Origin: Elusimicrobiota bacterium | GTDB lineage: Bacteria; Elusimicrobiota; Elusimicrobia; UBA1565 | DNA: 64,000 nucleotides | Reading direction: 5' to 3' | Assembly: GCA_043819795.1 (NCBI GenBank) | Contig: JBDREN010000126.1 | Span: forward strand, 8,541-72,540 | Shown: positions 18,490-28,477 of the stretch, in pieces | Position numbering within the stretch: position 1 is the first letter of the stretch | How the letters are laid out: each line of letters begins with the position of its first letter | Notes under the pieces: model-generated | Database searches by the model: none | Told to the model about the DNA's origin: nothing | What the model saw: the letters and a program-made list of their open reading frames with translations, nothing else | Translations under genes and position numbers: made by a program

Positions 18490-19671
18490 TCAGCCCGACA
18501 CGATCTCTCCCGAGGCCGGCTCCGCGGCGGGCGCCGAAGGCACGCACTTGACGGTCCCCAGGCGCGTGGTCACGGTCGCGCCCAGGCCCAGCAGGATGCC
18601 GGCCGAGATCAGCATCAGGTTGGTCAGGATGAAGACCAGGCCGATCATGGCGAACAAGCCGCCCGGCACGATCAGGAACCTGCCCACGATGAAGAGCGCG
18701 TTGAGCAGCGCGAACCCCGCCGCCACGCTGAGCGGACCCGAAGGCATGGGGCGCTTGAGCCCGGCATAGAGCCTCTGCGCAAGGACTCGGCTGAAACCGG
18801 CCAGGCTCATCAGGACAGCCACGAAGAGCGCCAGGAACGCCAGAGGTATGACCGGGATCCCGATGATGGAGACCGCCAGGAATACCAGCGCCGGCACGAA
18901 CCCCACCGCCACCAGGAGGCCGAACCCCGCCGAGCGCCAGAAGTCGGTCTTGATGGCCTCCGCCACCCTCTCGACCGGCTCGCCCGCGAGCAACGTCACC
19001 AGCGTCAGGATCCCCCCAAGGCCCGCCAGCGCGAACAGGAAGAAGGCGAAGCCCACGGCCGAGCCCACGGCGGAGCGCTCTCGGCGGTGATGGCGGATTG
19101 GTTCGTCATCGCTCTCATCGTCATCGGACCAGGACGTACGCTCGAGCGTCTTGAGCTTCTCCGCGACGGTCGGGATCAGGCCCACCAAGCCGAGCTTTAG
19201 GTTCGTGACGTCCCCTTTGACGGTCGCGCCCTCGGCCCGCTCGATCTTCCCCCCCAGCACCGCGACCTCGCCGTAGACCGCGGCCGAGGAGAGCAGCGTG
19301 AGCCTCCCGCCCAAGGCGACCGCGTCTCCCGTCACGGTCCCGTCCAGCTCGATGTCTCCGCCGATGGCGACCAAGTCCCCCCTCACCTGGCCGGAAACGG
19401 AAGAGTCTCCCCCCAACGCAACGACGTCTCCGTTCACCTCGCCGCGGACCGTGACCGAGCTCCCGAAAACGACCACGTCCGCGTTCACCGTGCCGTCCAC
19501 GACGACGGGCCCCTTGGTCGCGATGTCGCGGTTTCGCGTCTCGCCCGCCGGCACGTGTACCGCCTCGCGCGACAGCTTCCGGTTCCGCCGCGCGCCGGCC
19601 GTCGCGGGAAGCGATAGGGCGAGCGCGCACAAGATGAGGATCCAGCTCCTGGAAACGAGCGTCTTGTTCAT
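18490..19671 (-). CDS. Signal peptide + bactofilin-like (polymer-forming) beta-helix repeats + multi-TM C-terminus
   Basis: Repeats 'V.G.V.GDVVA.GG' followed by about 5 TMs. ATG at 19671 overlaps the anti-sigma stop. Confidence 0.8.
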   Translation of the reverse strand: MNKTLVSRSWILILCALALSLPATAGARRNRKLSREAVHVPAGETRNRDIATKGPVVVDGTVNADVVVFGSSVTVRGEVNGDVVALGGDSSVSGQVRGDLVAIGGDIELDGTVTGDAVALGGRLTLLSSAAVYGEVAVLGGKIERAEGATVKGDVTNLKLGLVGLIPTVAEKLKTLERTSWSDDDESDDEPIRHHRRERSAVGSAVGFAFFLFALAGLGGILTLVTLLAGEPVERVAEAIKTDFWRSAGFGLLVAVGFVPALVFLAVSIIGIPVIPLAFLALFVAVLMSLAGFSRVLAQRLYAGLKRPMPSGPLSVAAGFALLNALFIVGRFLIVPGGLFAMIGLVFILTNLMLISAGILLGLGATVTTRLGTVKCVPSAPAAEPASGEIVSG

Positions 19672-20270
19672 AGCGATCTCCTTGACGAGTGGGTTGAGAG
19701 TCCGGAAGATCCGCGCCCGAAGAGCGCGCTCAGCATGCTCCCCGAGAGCATCGCGGCCGCCGCCATCGGCAGGAATATCCGATGCCCGTTCAAAGCCAAC
19801 AGCAAAACGCGTCCCACCTTCCCCGCGAGGGCCAGGACGTCCCACGCGGCCAGGACCGTAGTCGCAAGCGCCGCCGTCATGATATGCGGGAGTTCCGCCG
19901 GCGCGGGCAAGGCCTCGACCCATCCCCTGGCATCGGCCGGGTCGAAGAACCAGGCCGCGACGAGGACCGCGGCAGCCGCCCAGCCCGCCAAGCCGCAGCC
20001 GAGCGCCGCGGCCGAGCGGAAGACCCAGCGGGGCGCGGGGCGCGATTCAATGGCCGGTCCCAAAGCCTCCAGGACCTTCCGGTCGAACCCGGCGGTGGGG
20101 CTCGAAAGAGGCGCCTCGACGACGAGCGCGACGGCCTCGGCGAGCAGGCGCCGCTCCTCGGCGCAGACGGGACACGCCTCGCAGTGGCGGCGGAGCGCGG
20201 CTTCATTGTCGGACGAGAGCGGCCCGTCGAGCCTCTCGTTCATCAGGGTCCCGGCCTTTTCGCAGTCCAT
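19668..20270 (-). CDS. zf-HC2 membrane anti-sigma factor
   Basis: 'MDCE...LDG.LS......L..HCEACPVC' followed by TM helices; lies directly downstream of an ECF sigma. Confidence 0.88.
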   Translation of the reverse strand: MDCEKAGTLMNERLDGPLSSDNEAALRRHCEACPVCAEERRLLAEAVALVVEAPLSSPTAGFDRKVLEALGPAIESRPAPRWVFRSAAALGCGLAGWAAAAVLVAAWFFDPADARGWVEALPAPAELPHIMTAALATTVLAAWDVLALAGKVGRVLLLALNGHRIFLPMAAAAMLSGSMLSALFGRGSSGLSTHSSRRSL

Positions 20271-20283
20271 TCCCTTTCCGCTC

Positions 20284-20862
20284 CTATCCAGGATTACGCG
20301 GGTCCCGGCTTTGAGGTTGCATCCGCCGGAGCCGCTCTTTCATCATCTCGCGCGCCCGGAACAGCCGGGCCTTGACCGTGCCGGCGGGGGCCTGAATCAC
20401 CCGGGCGATCTCGGCCACCTCCATCCCCTCCTTATGCCGCAGGAGCAGGGCTTCCTTATAAATAGGCGGCAGCCCGGCCAGCAGACGGTCCGCGAGCGCC
20501 GCCTCCAGCCGGGCCTCCACGGCCTCCTCCACGGGCTTGGCCCCGTCCTCGAGGCGCAGCGGGTCGTCCTCGTCGTCGAGCGAGACGACTTCCACCCGGC
20601 GCCGCCTTTTGAAATCGATGACCGTATTGTGCGCGATCCGGAACAGCCAAGTGATGAAGGGCCTGGAGGGGTCGTAGGACGCGAGATGCCTGAACGCCTT
20701 GAGGAACGTCTCCTGGGAGAGGTCCTCGGCGTCGGCCTGGTTTCGGACGAGACGCAAAACGAAGCTGAAGATGCGGTCCCGGTAGCGTTCGAGCAGCCGC
20801 TGGAACCCGGAGGCGTCCCGCGCGAGGCAGGCGCGGACCAGGCTCAGGTCATCGTCGCGCAT
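20284..20862 (-). CDS. ECF (sigma-70 group IV) RNA polymerase sigma factor, SigW/RpoE-like
   Basis: 'DAEDLSQETFLKAF', 'F.TWLFRIAHNTVID' and 'EIA.VI..P.GTVKARLFRAR'. Confidence 0.93.
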   Translation of the reverse strand: MRDDDLSLVRACLARDASGFQRLLERYRDRIFSFVLRLVRNQADAEDLSQETFLKAFRHLASYDPSRPFITWLFRIAHNTVIDFKRRRRVEVVSLDDEDDPLRLEDGAKPVEEAVEARLEAALADRLLAGLPPIYKEALLLRHKEGMEVAEIARVIQAPAGTVKARLFRAREMMKERLRRMQPQSRDPRNPG

Positions 20863-20989
20863 CGCGCCGTAACCAGCGCCGCAAGCTCGCCTTGCGGTGC
20901 TTACTCCTTCGCGTTATCAAGAACTCCGTACCAAGAATGCCTTTGCCCTCCCGCTTCCGGAGCATGCGACGCATGGTCGCATCAGGGAA

Positions 20990-21016
20990 TACGCGGGAAG
21001 GCGCTTCCGGGTTGCG
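20990..21016 (-). promoter_or_regulatory. Candidate ECF-dependent autoregulatory promoter
   Basis: Minus strand reads CGCAAC-N17-CGTA, fitting the ECF AAC...CGT consensus, about 130 bp upstream of the sigma gene. Confidence 0.5.
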
Positions 21017-21045
21017 GAGATTCTACAACAAGCGGGGGGCGGCCT

Positions 21046-21618
21046 CTATCCGCGGGGCCGTAGATTGGCGAACACGGTCCCCGTCAGGAAGATGTGGGGC
21101 CAGGCGGCGATGGCTTGGACGCGGGTGTGGAAAAGGGTGAACAAGAGCGAGGTCCCCAGAACCGCGGCTCTGGGGCCGGCCCTCCTGAGCAATCCGCTCA
21201 GCAGGATCCCCCGGAAGAGGTATTCCTCGAACGCTCCGACGAGCAGACAGGCCGCGATCCCGGCCGCCCGCTCCCGCCCGGGCCAAGGAGCGCCCGTCGC
21301 CTGGGTCATAAACACGCCCCACAGGGCCAGGACGAGCGCGGCGTGGGCCAGACAGCGGCGCGCGGGCATCCCGGAGATGTCGAAGGGATCGCGGCGTCCG
21401 GTCCGGAAGTCGATATAGAGGAGCAGCGCCAAGGCGGCGCCGCGGACCCAGTTCCCCCACATGAACAGGGCGAACCAGGCATCGACGTCGACTATGGGGA
21501 CCCAGCGGTTGAGAGCGACGCCGAACGCCATGTAGCCGCCCAGAAGGACCACGGCGAAAGAGAAGCCGACATCATGCTTGGACGGACGGGGCATAGGCCT
21601 CGAAAGGATAGCCCCCAA
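21046..21618 (-). CDS. CPBP (CAAX/Abi) intramembrane metalloprotease, C-terminally short
   Basis: 'FEEYLFRG' and 'LFTLFH' motifs are present; the final HxxxN/D motif is absent before the TAG. Confidence 0.7.
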   Translation of the reverse strand: MGAILSRPMPRPSKHDVGFSFAVVLLGGYMAFGVALNRWVPIVDVDAWFALFMWGNWVRGAALALLLYIDFRTGRRDPFDISGMPARRCLAHAALVLALWGVFMTQATGAPWPGRERAAGIAACLLVGAFEEYLFRGILLSGLLRRAGPRAAVLGTSLLFTLFHTRVQAIAAWPHIFLTGTVFANLRPRG

Positions 21619-21636
21619 CGCCTCAGCGCGCCCGCT

Positions 21637-22599
21637 TCAGGAGCTTACGGCCCCGGCCAATTCCTCGTCGGCGATGCGCCGGGCCTCGGCGATCAGGTCG
21701 GGCGGGGGCAGGTGCTCGAGCGCCTTGACGGCGCTCTCGAGCTGGGCCTCGCTCTTGACGCCGCAGATGGCGGTGCTGGCCTCCGGGTGGCCGAGCACGA
21801 AGCCGAGGGCCAGCTCCCGGGCGGCGAAGCCGCGGGCCTTGAGCAGCTCGTTGATGCGGTCCATCGCGCGCATCTTCCCCTCGGAGGCCCAGCCCTCAAG
21901 CGTGGAGCGGAAGTCCACCTCGTCGAACTTCCTGGCGCGGCCGACCGTGCCGCTCAGGATGCCCTTGTCGAAGGGGCCGTAGCTCATGTGGCCGAGGCCC
22001 TCCTCCCGGACAAAGGGAAAAAGCTCGGCCGCGGCCCGCGTGTTGAAGAGGTTGAATTCGGTCTGGAGGGCGTCGATCCGCTCGACCTCCATGGCGCGCC
22101 GGATCTCGCCCTCGTCGTAGAAGTTCGAGAGCCCGATCGCTCGGATCTTGCCGGCCCGCTTCGCCTCCGCGAGGACCTCCATGGTCCCGCGGACATCCAC
22201 GCCCTTGTCGGGCCAGTGGATGAAATAGAGGTCTATGTACTCCGTGCGGAGGTCGCGGAGCGAGCCCTCGAGCATCCTGCGGACGGTATCGGGGCTGTTG
22301 TCCAGGCGCATCCTCCCGGCGTCGTCCCAGGCCACGCCGCACTTGGAGACCAGGAAGACCTTCTCCCGCGCGCCCGCGAAGGCCTCCCCGATCCGCTTCT
22401 CCGAGACGCCGAACCCGTAGACGGGAGCGGTATCGAAGAGGTTGACCCCCCGATCGAAGGCCGCTCTGAGCAGAGCGATGGCCTCTTTCTCCCCGATATG
22501 GCCGAAACCGTAGCCCCCGCCCTCCCCGCTGACCGAGGCGGCCCCGAAGGATATCTCCGAGACCCCGGCGCCGACGCGCCCGAAAGCCCTCTTCTTCAC
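21637..22599 (-). CDS. Aldo/keto reductase
   Basis: 'GVNLFDTAPVYG.G.SE', 'SKCG', 'LRTEYIDLYFIHWPD' and 'GKIRAIGLSN'. Confidence 0.93.
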   Translation of the reverse strand: MKKRAFGRVGAGVSEISFGAASVSGEGGGYGFGHIGEKEAIALLRAAFDRGVNLFDTAPVYGFGVSEKRIGEAFAGAREKVFLVSKCGVAWDDAGRMRLDNSPDTVRRMLEGSLRDLRTEYIDLYFIHWPDKGVDVRGTMEVLAEAKRAGKIRAIGLSNFYDEGEIRRAMEVERIDALQTEFNLFNTRAAAELFPFVREEGLGHMSYGPFDKGILSGTVGRARKFDEVDFRSTLEGWASEGKMRAMDRINELLKARGFAARELALGFVLGHPEASTAICGVKSEAQLESAVKALEHLPPPDLIAEARRIADEELAGAVSS

Positions 22600-22600
22600 G

Positions 22601-23659
22601 TCAAGCCACGACCCGGAACGGGTGGACGCGCCGAGACGCGTCGGCCGCGCCGCAGCGCTTGAGGAAAGCGGACACCACCCCTTCTTCGGCCTTGCGCCAC
22701 TTCTCCTCAGAAGCGCCCCGTCCCATCACCACCGAGCCGCCAGCCATCGTGCGATGCCCGCCGCCGCGATGCCTGCCGCCCAGAAGCTCCCCGAGCAGGC
22801 GCCCGGCGTCCTCCGAGGGGTTGTTCGTCCGCACGGACACGTGCAGCCGCCCGTTGTAGCGCCCGGTGACGATCGACCAGCGCATCCTCTCATGGCTCAG
22901 GAGGAAGTCCGCCATCAGCGCGACGCGGTCGGGGTTCGGCAGCTCCCGCAGGTGCACGCCGATGGTCCGGCGGCAGATGAAGGCGTTGCGTATGCCGCGC
23001 GCGATGGTCTGGAAGAACGAGGTCGGACGCGGCGGATTGACGATGCGCCAGAGAACCTTCGCGTTGGCCTTCGGCAGGATGGCCAGGTAGGCGGAAACGT
23101 CGCGCGGCCCGGCCTCCCGCCCGAGGTTCTGCGTCTCGGAGCCTATACCGTAGACGAGGGCCGTGGCCAGCCGCGTCGGCACGCGGGTGCCGGCGGCGGC
23201 CAGCATCTCGACGAGGATCGTCGACGTCGCGCCGACCGTCTTGTCGATGAGGAGGAAGTCCGCCTGTGTCCTGGCGCTGCGCGGGTGGTGGTCGATGAGG
23301 ATGTCGGGATGGCGGTTCGCGGGGAAACGGTTGTTCTTGAACGGCGGCTGGCTGTCGACGACCGCGGTCCAGGAGCACTCCAGGTCCGACTTCCGCAGCG
23401 GGTGGGCCGGGATCGCCAGGCTCTTGACCATCATCCGGTTCTCGCGCCGGCCGATCACTCCCCCGTAGGCGATGCGGGTGCGCGCCCCGCAGCGGGCGTG
23501 GACCAGATGCGCGAGCGCCCACGCGCTCGCGATCCCGTCCGGATCGGGGTGGTCGTGGGTGAGGATCAGGAGGGTCCCGGGCTTCTTGCCCCGCCGATCC
23601 AGGCGCTCCAGCAGCTCGCGCGCGGCCTTCTCGCCGGCGGTAAACTCGGTCACTTCCAT
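22601..23659 (-). CDS. DHH/DHHA1-family phosphoesterase
   Basis: 'THDHPDPDGIAS', 'VVDSQP', 'IDHHP' and 'GGGHRTMAGG'. ATG at 23659 overlaps the cyclase 3' end. Confidence 0.88.
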   Translation of the reverse strand: MEVTEFTAGEKAARELLERLDRRGKKPGTLLILTHDHPDPDGIASAWALAHLVHARCGARTRIAYGGVIGRRENRMMVKSLAIPAHPLRKSDLECSWTAVVDSQPPFKNNRFPANRHPDILIDHHPRSARTQADFLLIDKTVGATSTILVEMLAAAGTRVPTRLATALVYGIGSETQNLGREAGPRDVSAYLAILPKANAKVLWRIVNPPRPTSFFQTIARGIRNAFICRRTIGVHLRELPNPDRVALMADFLLSHERMRWSIVTGRYNGRLHVSVRTNNPSEDAGRLLGELLGGRHRGGGHRTMAGGSVVMGRGASEEKWRKAEEGVVSAFLKRCGAADASRRVHPFRVVA

Positions 23660-24837
23660 TGGCTGAGCTTCGGAGTCCCCTTCTTCCTCGCCAGCTCTAT
23701 CCTCACGAGGCCGGGGTCCACCTCCTCGAACTGGAATCCGGCCGGGCGGCCGACGTCCCCCTCGGTGAGCCGTACATGGTTGAGGCCGCGGCGCATGTGG
23801 GAGAGGTCGATCCGCACGGCGAGCTTGTCTCGGTCCACCCAGTAGAAGCCCCTCATCTGCCCGGAGAACACCGCTTTCACCTTCTCGGGCTCGACGCTCA
23901 CGACCTCCAGTCCCTCGGGGATGTTGCGGAGCTGCACCCCGAGATCGTAGTCCTGCCGCCACTCCTTGGCCCCCATGACGAAGAGGACCCACAAAAGCAG
24001 CGCACCCGCCGCGGCGATGCCCTTCTCGCGCGAGTTGCGCCGTATGAACGTCTGAAAGACGTCCCGGCGAGCCTTGGGCTCGCGCTCCGTCGTGAACTGC
24101 TCGAGCCGCCGCTCCAGCTGCGGGGTCCCGCGCAGGCTCTCGATCCGGCCGTCCTGCGCGACCGATATCGTGCCGCGCTCCTCGCTCACGACGATGGAGA
24201 GGGCGTCGGTGAGCTCGGCGAGCCCGAGCGCCGCCATGTGGCGGGTGCCGAACTTGGCCGTCCTACCCGACTCCTTCGACAGCGGCAGGCGGCAACCGAA
24301 TCGGGAGACGCGCCCCCCCTCGATGATGACCGCTCCGTCGTGGCCCATGGAATGGAAGTCAAAGATGCTCTTGAGCAGGGGCTCCGAGAACTCCCCGCCC
24401 AGGCCCCATCCGCCCTGGAGATGCCGCTCGAGCGGGTCCTGCCCGCGAAGGACCACGAGGGCGCCGATCCGCTCCCTGGCGAGATCGCCGATCACCCGCA
24501 CGAGGGCGTCGGTCTGCTTGGTCGAGGCGGCGGGCTCGGTCCCGCGGGTCAGGGACCAGACGGCGATCCGCTCGAAGATCCTGCGCAGCTCCTCCTGGAA
24601 GATCACCACGAGCGCCACCAGCAGGATGGCGAAGAAGCCGTGGAAGATGCCGGTCGTCATGACCATGCCGGTCGTCCGCGAGAACAGGTAGACGGCCGCC
24701 AGGACCAGCATGCCCTTGGCGACGAAGGCCGCCCTTGCCCGCTTGAACCATACCAGCAGGGCGTAGACGAGCACGGCCACCAGCGCGATGTCGAGCAGGT
24801 CCGCCAGGCCGACGGCTTTCAGGGCAGACAGGAACAT
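23650..24837 (-). CDS. cdaA: Diadenylate cyclase (CdaA/DisA_N) fused to TM + YbbR (CdaR-like) domain
   Basis: 3 N-terminal TMs, 'VIFQEELRR', 'HDGAVII', 'GTRHMAALGL', 'VVSEERG.IS', then a TM and a beta-rich YbbR-like tail. Confidence 0.85.
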   Translation of the reverse strand: MFLSALKAVGLADLLDIALVAVLVYALLVWFKRARAAFVAKGMLVLAAVYLFSRTTGMVMTTGIFHGFFAILLVALVVIFQEELRRIFERIAVWSLTRGTEPAASTKQTDALVRVIGDLARERIGALVVLRGQDPLERHLQGGWGLGGEFSEPLLKSIFDFHSMGHDGAVIIEGGRVSRFGCRLPLSKESGRTAKFGTRHMAALGLAELTDALSIVVSEERGTISVAQDGRIESLRGTPQLERRLEQFTTEREPKARRDVFQTFIRRNSREKGIAAAGALLLWVLFVMGAKEWRQDYDLGVQLRNIPEGLEVVSVEPEKVKAVFSGQMRGFYWVDRDKLAVRIDLSHMRRGLNHVRLTEGDVGRPAGFQFEEVDPGLVRIELARKKGTPKLSQWK

Positions 24838-24998
24838 CTCGGGGCTTATTATACATATATGCCCGCTATTGCCGCCCCTGGCGCATTTCGCTACAATCGG
24901 GTCGGACGACGCGGCGGCGTCCCGTCGTCAAGATAGCGGCCCACAGGACCACGCGTACCTCGGGCCTTTCTTCGTTCGAGGAGGATCCGTCTCCCCGC

Positions 24999-25823
24999 AT
25001 GAGCGCGCCAAGCTCCCATCACGACGACATGCTGATCCCGGCGTTCCGTAACGGGTTTCCGCCGGGCTACACGCCCGTCACCAAGGAAGGCGAGGTCGAG
25101 TTCGACATGGGAGTCGACTTCGGCATCCACCGGCAGGCCCGGGGCTCGACGCTCGAGGAGCGCCATCCAAGGGAGAGCGCCTGGGTGCTGCTGGACGGCA
25201 AGGCCGAGCTCGAGTTCGCCGGGAAGATCGAGCTCGTCGAGCGCGGGTCCCTCTTCGACGAGGGGCCGACGGCCCTGCATCTGGGGCCCGACACCCCGGT
25301 CCGCATCTCGGCGGTCTCCGACGTGGAATGGGCCGTGGTCCAAGCCGAGAACCACGCGTCGCCCGACCCGCGGCTCTTCCGCCCGGAGCGGATCGACGCC
25401 GAGCTCCACGGGAAGGGGCTCGCGCAGGGCACGTGCCTGCGGATCGCGCGCCGCGTCTTCGACCGGGAGAGCCGCCCGGAGGCGGGCATCGCCATCGGCG
25501 AGACCATCGGCTTCCCCGGCCGCTGGTCGGGCTATCCGCCGCACCATCACGAACAGCCCCAGATCTGCCACTACCGGTTCACGCTGCCCCACGGCTACGG
25601 CCACGGGGAATGCGGCGACCAGGTATTCAAGCTCCACTCCTACGACTCCATGAAGATACCGGGGGGAGTGGACCACGCGCAAGTCGCCGCGCCGGGCTAC
25701 GGCATGTATTGCCTGTGGATCATCCGGCATCTGCCGGGCAAGCCCTACACCGGCTTCACGTTCGCGAAGGACCACGATTGGGTCCTCGATCCGAACAACC
25801 AGGGCTGGAGACCGAAACGCTGA
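24999..25823 (+). CDS. iolB: 5-deoxy-glucuronate isomerase (IolB/KduI cupin)
   Basis: 'GE.I..PG.WS.YPPHHHEQP...HYRF..P.GYG' and 'H..VAAPGYGMY.LW.IRH'. Confidence 0.85.
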   Translation: MSAPSSHHDDMLIPAFRNGFPPGYTPVTKEGEVEFDMGVDFGIHRQARGSTLEERHPRESAWVLLDGKAELEFAGKIELVERGSLFDEGPTALHLGPDTPVRISAVSDVEWAVVQAENHASPDPRLFRPERIDAELHGKGLAQGTCLRIARRVFDRESRPEAGIAIGETIGFPGRWSGYPPHHHEQPQICHYRFTLPHGYGHGECGDQVFKLHSYDSMKIPGGVDHAQVAAPGYGMYCLWIIRHLPGKPYTGFTFAKDHDWVLDPNNQGWRPKR

Positions 25824-25916
25824 AGTCCCGCTTCGGCGGATCAAGACGGCCGCGCCGCCCCCCGGCGCCCGCAAGAACCGGGGGGATATTCCTCTCTGGA
25901 CTATGGGCGAGGGCGG

Positions 25917-27101
25917 CTATTGCACGATGACCGTGCCGTCGCCGCCTCTGCCGCCGATCTGCTCGCCCGGACCGCCGGAGCCGCCTTGGCCGACCGTGAT
26001 GGCGAGCGTGTCGCCGGGATTGACCGACAACGTCTTCTCTGCGTAGCCGCCGGACCCGCCGCCGCTTCCGTTCGTCGTGTCGCGCCGTCCTCCGCTGCCG
26101 CCCCCGCCCGGCGGCGCGCCGGGGTTGCCGGGAAGCCCGTCGACGGAGACTCCCGCGCCGCCCGACCCGCCGCCGTTGGGAGCGTTGCCGCCTCGTCCGC
26201 TCATCGCGGGCGAGCGGTCGCCTCCCTTCTCGCCCGTCAGGTTCATGTCGCCGCCGGAAGCCGTCCCGCCGGGGCCGCCGGGGCCGCCGTCATTGGAGGC
26301 TCGCCCGGGCTCGCCGCCGTTGGCGATGACGGTCCCGTTGACGCTGCTGGGCCCACCGGCCTGACCGGGACCTTGGGTCTCGCCGCCGTCGCCGCCGCCC
26401 CCTCCACCCCCGCCCCAGACCTTGACCTTCACGCTCGTAACGCTCGCCGGGACCGTGAACGAAAAGGAGCCCGCCACATCGTACACCTTCGTGCAGATCC
26501 ATCTGCTGCCATCCCAGCCTAGGCTGTCGCAGACCGGCGGCATGGGCACGCCGGGCGAGCCCGGCGGGCCCGCGGGGCCGGTGTCGCCCTTCGGCCCTTG
26601 CGGACCCTGCGCTCCCTGCGGGCCTTGCGATCCGGTGTCACCCTTGGGTCCCTGCGAACCTTGCGGGCCGGTATCCCCCTTCGGTCCCTCCGGGCCCTGC
26701 GAACCAGCGTCCCCCTTCGGTCCCTGCGGACCTTCCGGCCCCCGCGCTCCCTGCGGGCCTTGCGAACCCGTCTCGCCCTTCAGCCCCTGCGGGCCCTGCG
26801 GCCCCTGCTGTCCCTGCGGGCCTTGCGCGCCGGTCTCGCCCTTGAGCCCCCGCGGACCTTGCGGACCCTGTGGTCCTTGCGGGCCCGTGTCCCCCGTCTC
26901 TCCTTTGGGACCCTTCAGGATAAGGTCCGTCTTCAGCTCGACGGGGCCGGTCAGCTCCATGAGGAGCGTTCCGTCGGGTTTTGTCTTTAGGACGCGCTTG
27001 ACTCCGGACTCGTCCTTGCCGCGGACCACTCCGCTATCCTCGGACATGGCCGGCAGCGCGCCCAAGCAGAGCGACAAAACGAGCAGCGCCAGTTTCTTCA
27101 T
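25917..27101 (-). CDS. Secreted collagen-like protein 1 with C-terminal glycine-rich domain
   Basis: Signal peptide, about 40 Gly-X-Y triplets, then '[21 protein letters not shown]...[12 protein letters not shown]'. Confidence 0.9.
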   Translation of the reverse strand: MKKLALLVLSLCLGALPAMSEDSGVVRGKDESGVKRVLKTKPDGTLLMELTGPVELKTDLILKGPKGETGDTGPQGPQGPQGPRGLKGETGAQGPQGQQGPQGPQGLKGETGSQGPQGARGPEGPQGPKGDAGSQGPEGPKGDTGPQGSQGPKGDTGSQGPQGAQGPQGPKGDTGPAGPPGSPGVPMPPVCDSLGWDGSRWICTKVYDVAGSFSFTVPASVTSVKVKVWGGGGGGGGDGGETQGPGQAGGPSSVNGTVIANGGEPGRASNDGGPGGPGGTASGGDMNLTGEKGGDRSPAMSGRGGNAPNGGGSGGAGVSVDGLPGNPGAPPGGGGSGGRRDTTNGSGGGSGGYAEKTLSVNPGDTLAITVGQGGSGGPGEQIGGRGGDGTVIVQ

Positions 27102-27295
27102 GCTAGACCTCCAAAATGTTCATCCCACCCATTTAATAGCCCCGAAGCGGCTAAAAGTCAAGGACAAGCGGCTGACAATCATGTGTAAATAGAGATTATA
27201 TTATAAGCTCTTTTATTTTTTGTCAACCAAAAGCTCCGCATCGTCTGACAACGCGGACTGAGAGGCTCGCGGTGCGAGACGTTCAGGCCGCTCCG
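26838..27295. repeat. Duplicated segment (collagen 5' end + promoter), copy 1; copy 2 is 28214..28671
   Basis: Near-identical sequence at an offset of 1376 bp. Confidence 0.9.
27198..27226 (-). promoter_or_regulatory. Sigma70 promoter of collagen gene 1
   Basis: Minus strand TTGACA-N17-TAATAT, overlapping TATAAT copies, in an AT-rich patch. Confidence 0.7.
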
Positions 27296-27426
27296 GGCTA
27301 CGGCATGTATTGCCCGTGGATCATCCGGCATCTGCCGGGCAATCCCTGCACGGGCTTCACCTTCGCGAAGGACCACGAGTGGATCCTCGATCCGAACACC
27401 CGGGGCTGGAGACCGAAACGCTGAAG
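27287..27426 (+). pseudogene. iolB: Duplicated 3' fragment of iolB (copy of 25686..25825)
   Basis: 140-bp colinear copy with scattered substitutions, ending in the same ...GAAACGCTGAAG. Confidence 0.9.
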
Positions 27427-27469
27427 CCGCGAGCGCGTCCGAGTGAATGCTCGGACAAATGCTGCGGGG

Positions 27470-28477
27470 CTAATTCGAAAAGCCTGTTATGGAATACAAG
27501 CCTATTGCGCCACCGCCCGAATGCCTCAGACTGATAGCCACTCCATAGATTGTTCCATCGGTCAAAGAAGAGACATCCACACTTCCGTTGACCCAAGCAA
27601 GGCCGCTACCGGATGATGAAATCTCTCCGGTTTGTCCTCCAATGTCCACTTGGACATAGGCAGCGCTGGAGTCGCTTCCCTCAACGAAGGCATAGAAGTC
27701 AACTTTGGATATTCCGGATGATTTCTGGAACTTTGACTTTATTACGGGCTTGTAAGTGCTGCCCTGGACGTACCAATACATTATTTCCGGAGTTTCACCG
27801 CTTCGTACACCGGACGCATTTGATGTCCTCACAATGCCAAAAGTGCCGGGGGTTTCATTGTTGTCGTCGACCAGGGCAAAGGTGAATGCCACGTTGGACC
27901 CGCCGGCGCCCGTGTCGCCCTTCGGTCCGGCAGCCCCGGTATCCCCCTTCGGTCCGGTGTCTCCAGTGTCGCCCTTGGGTCCCCGCGGACCTTGCGGACC
28001 GATGTCGCCTTCGGACCCCTGTGGACCTTCCGGCCCCTGTGGCCCCTGCGACCCCTGCGGGCCCTGCGCTCCTTGCGGGCCGGCGGCCCCCGTGTCGCCT
28101 TTCGCGCCCGGAGCGCCCGTATCGCCTTTCTGTCCTTGCGACCCCTGCGGGCCCTGCGCTCCCTGCGGGCCGGCGGGCCCCGTGTCCCCTTGCAGCCCCC
28201 GCGCGCCCGCGTCGCCCTTCAGCCCCTGCGGACCTTGCGGCCCCTGTGGTCCTTGCGGGCCCGTGTCCCCCGTCTCTCCTTTGGGACCCGTCAGGATAAG
28301 GTCCGTCCTCAGCTCGACGGGGCCGGTCAGCTCCATGAGGAGCGTCCCGTCGGGTTTTGTCTTTAGGTCGCGCTTGACCCCGGACTCGTCCTTGCCGCGG
28401 ACCACTCCGCTATCCTCGGACATGGCCGGCAGCGCACCCAAGCAGAGCGACAAAACGAGCAGCGCCAGTTTCTTCAT
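27470..28477 (-). CDS. Secreted collagen-like protein 2 with unrelated beta-rich C-terminal domain
   Basis: First ~88 aa are near-identical to collagen 1, then Gly-X-Y repeats and an AT-richer C-terminal coding region. Confidence 0.9.
   Translation of the reverse strand: MKKLALLVLSLCLGALPAMSEDSGVVRGKDESGVKRDLKTKPDGTLLMELTGPVELRTDLILTGPKGETGDTGPQGPQGPQGPQGLKGDAGARGLQGDTGPAGPQGAQGPQGSQGQKGDTGAPGAKGDTGAAGPQGAQGPQGSQGPQGPEGPQGSEGDIGPQGPRGPKGDTGDTGPKGDTGAAGPKGDTGAGGSNVAFTFALVDDNNETPGTFGIVRTSNASGVRSGETPEIMYWYVQGSTYKPVIKSKFQKSSGISKVDFYAFVEGSDSSAAYVQVDIGGQTGEISSSGSGLAWVNGSVDVSSLTDGTIYGVAISLRHSGGGAIGLYSITGFSN

Noticed and set aside
26560..28270. Short tandem repeats resembling a CRISPR array or VNTR
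   Set aside because: They are 9-bp-period Gly-X-Y codons inside the collagen genes; there are no unique spacers and no cas genes.
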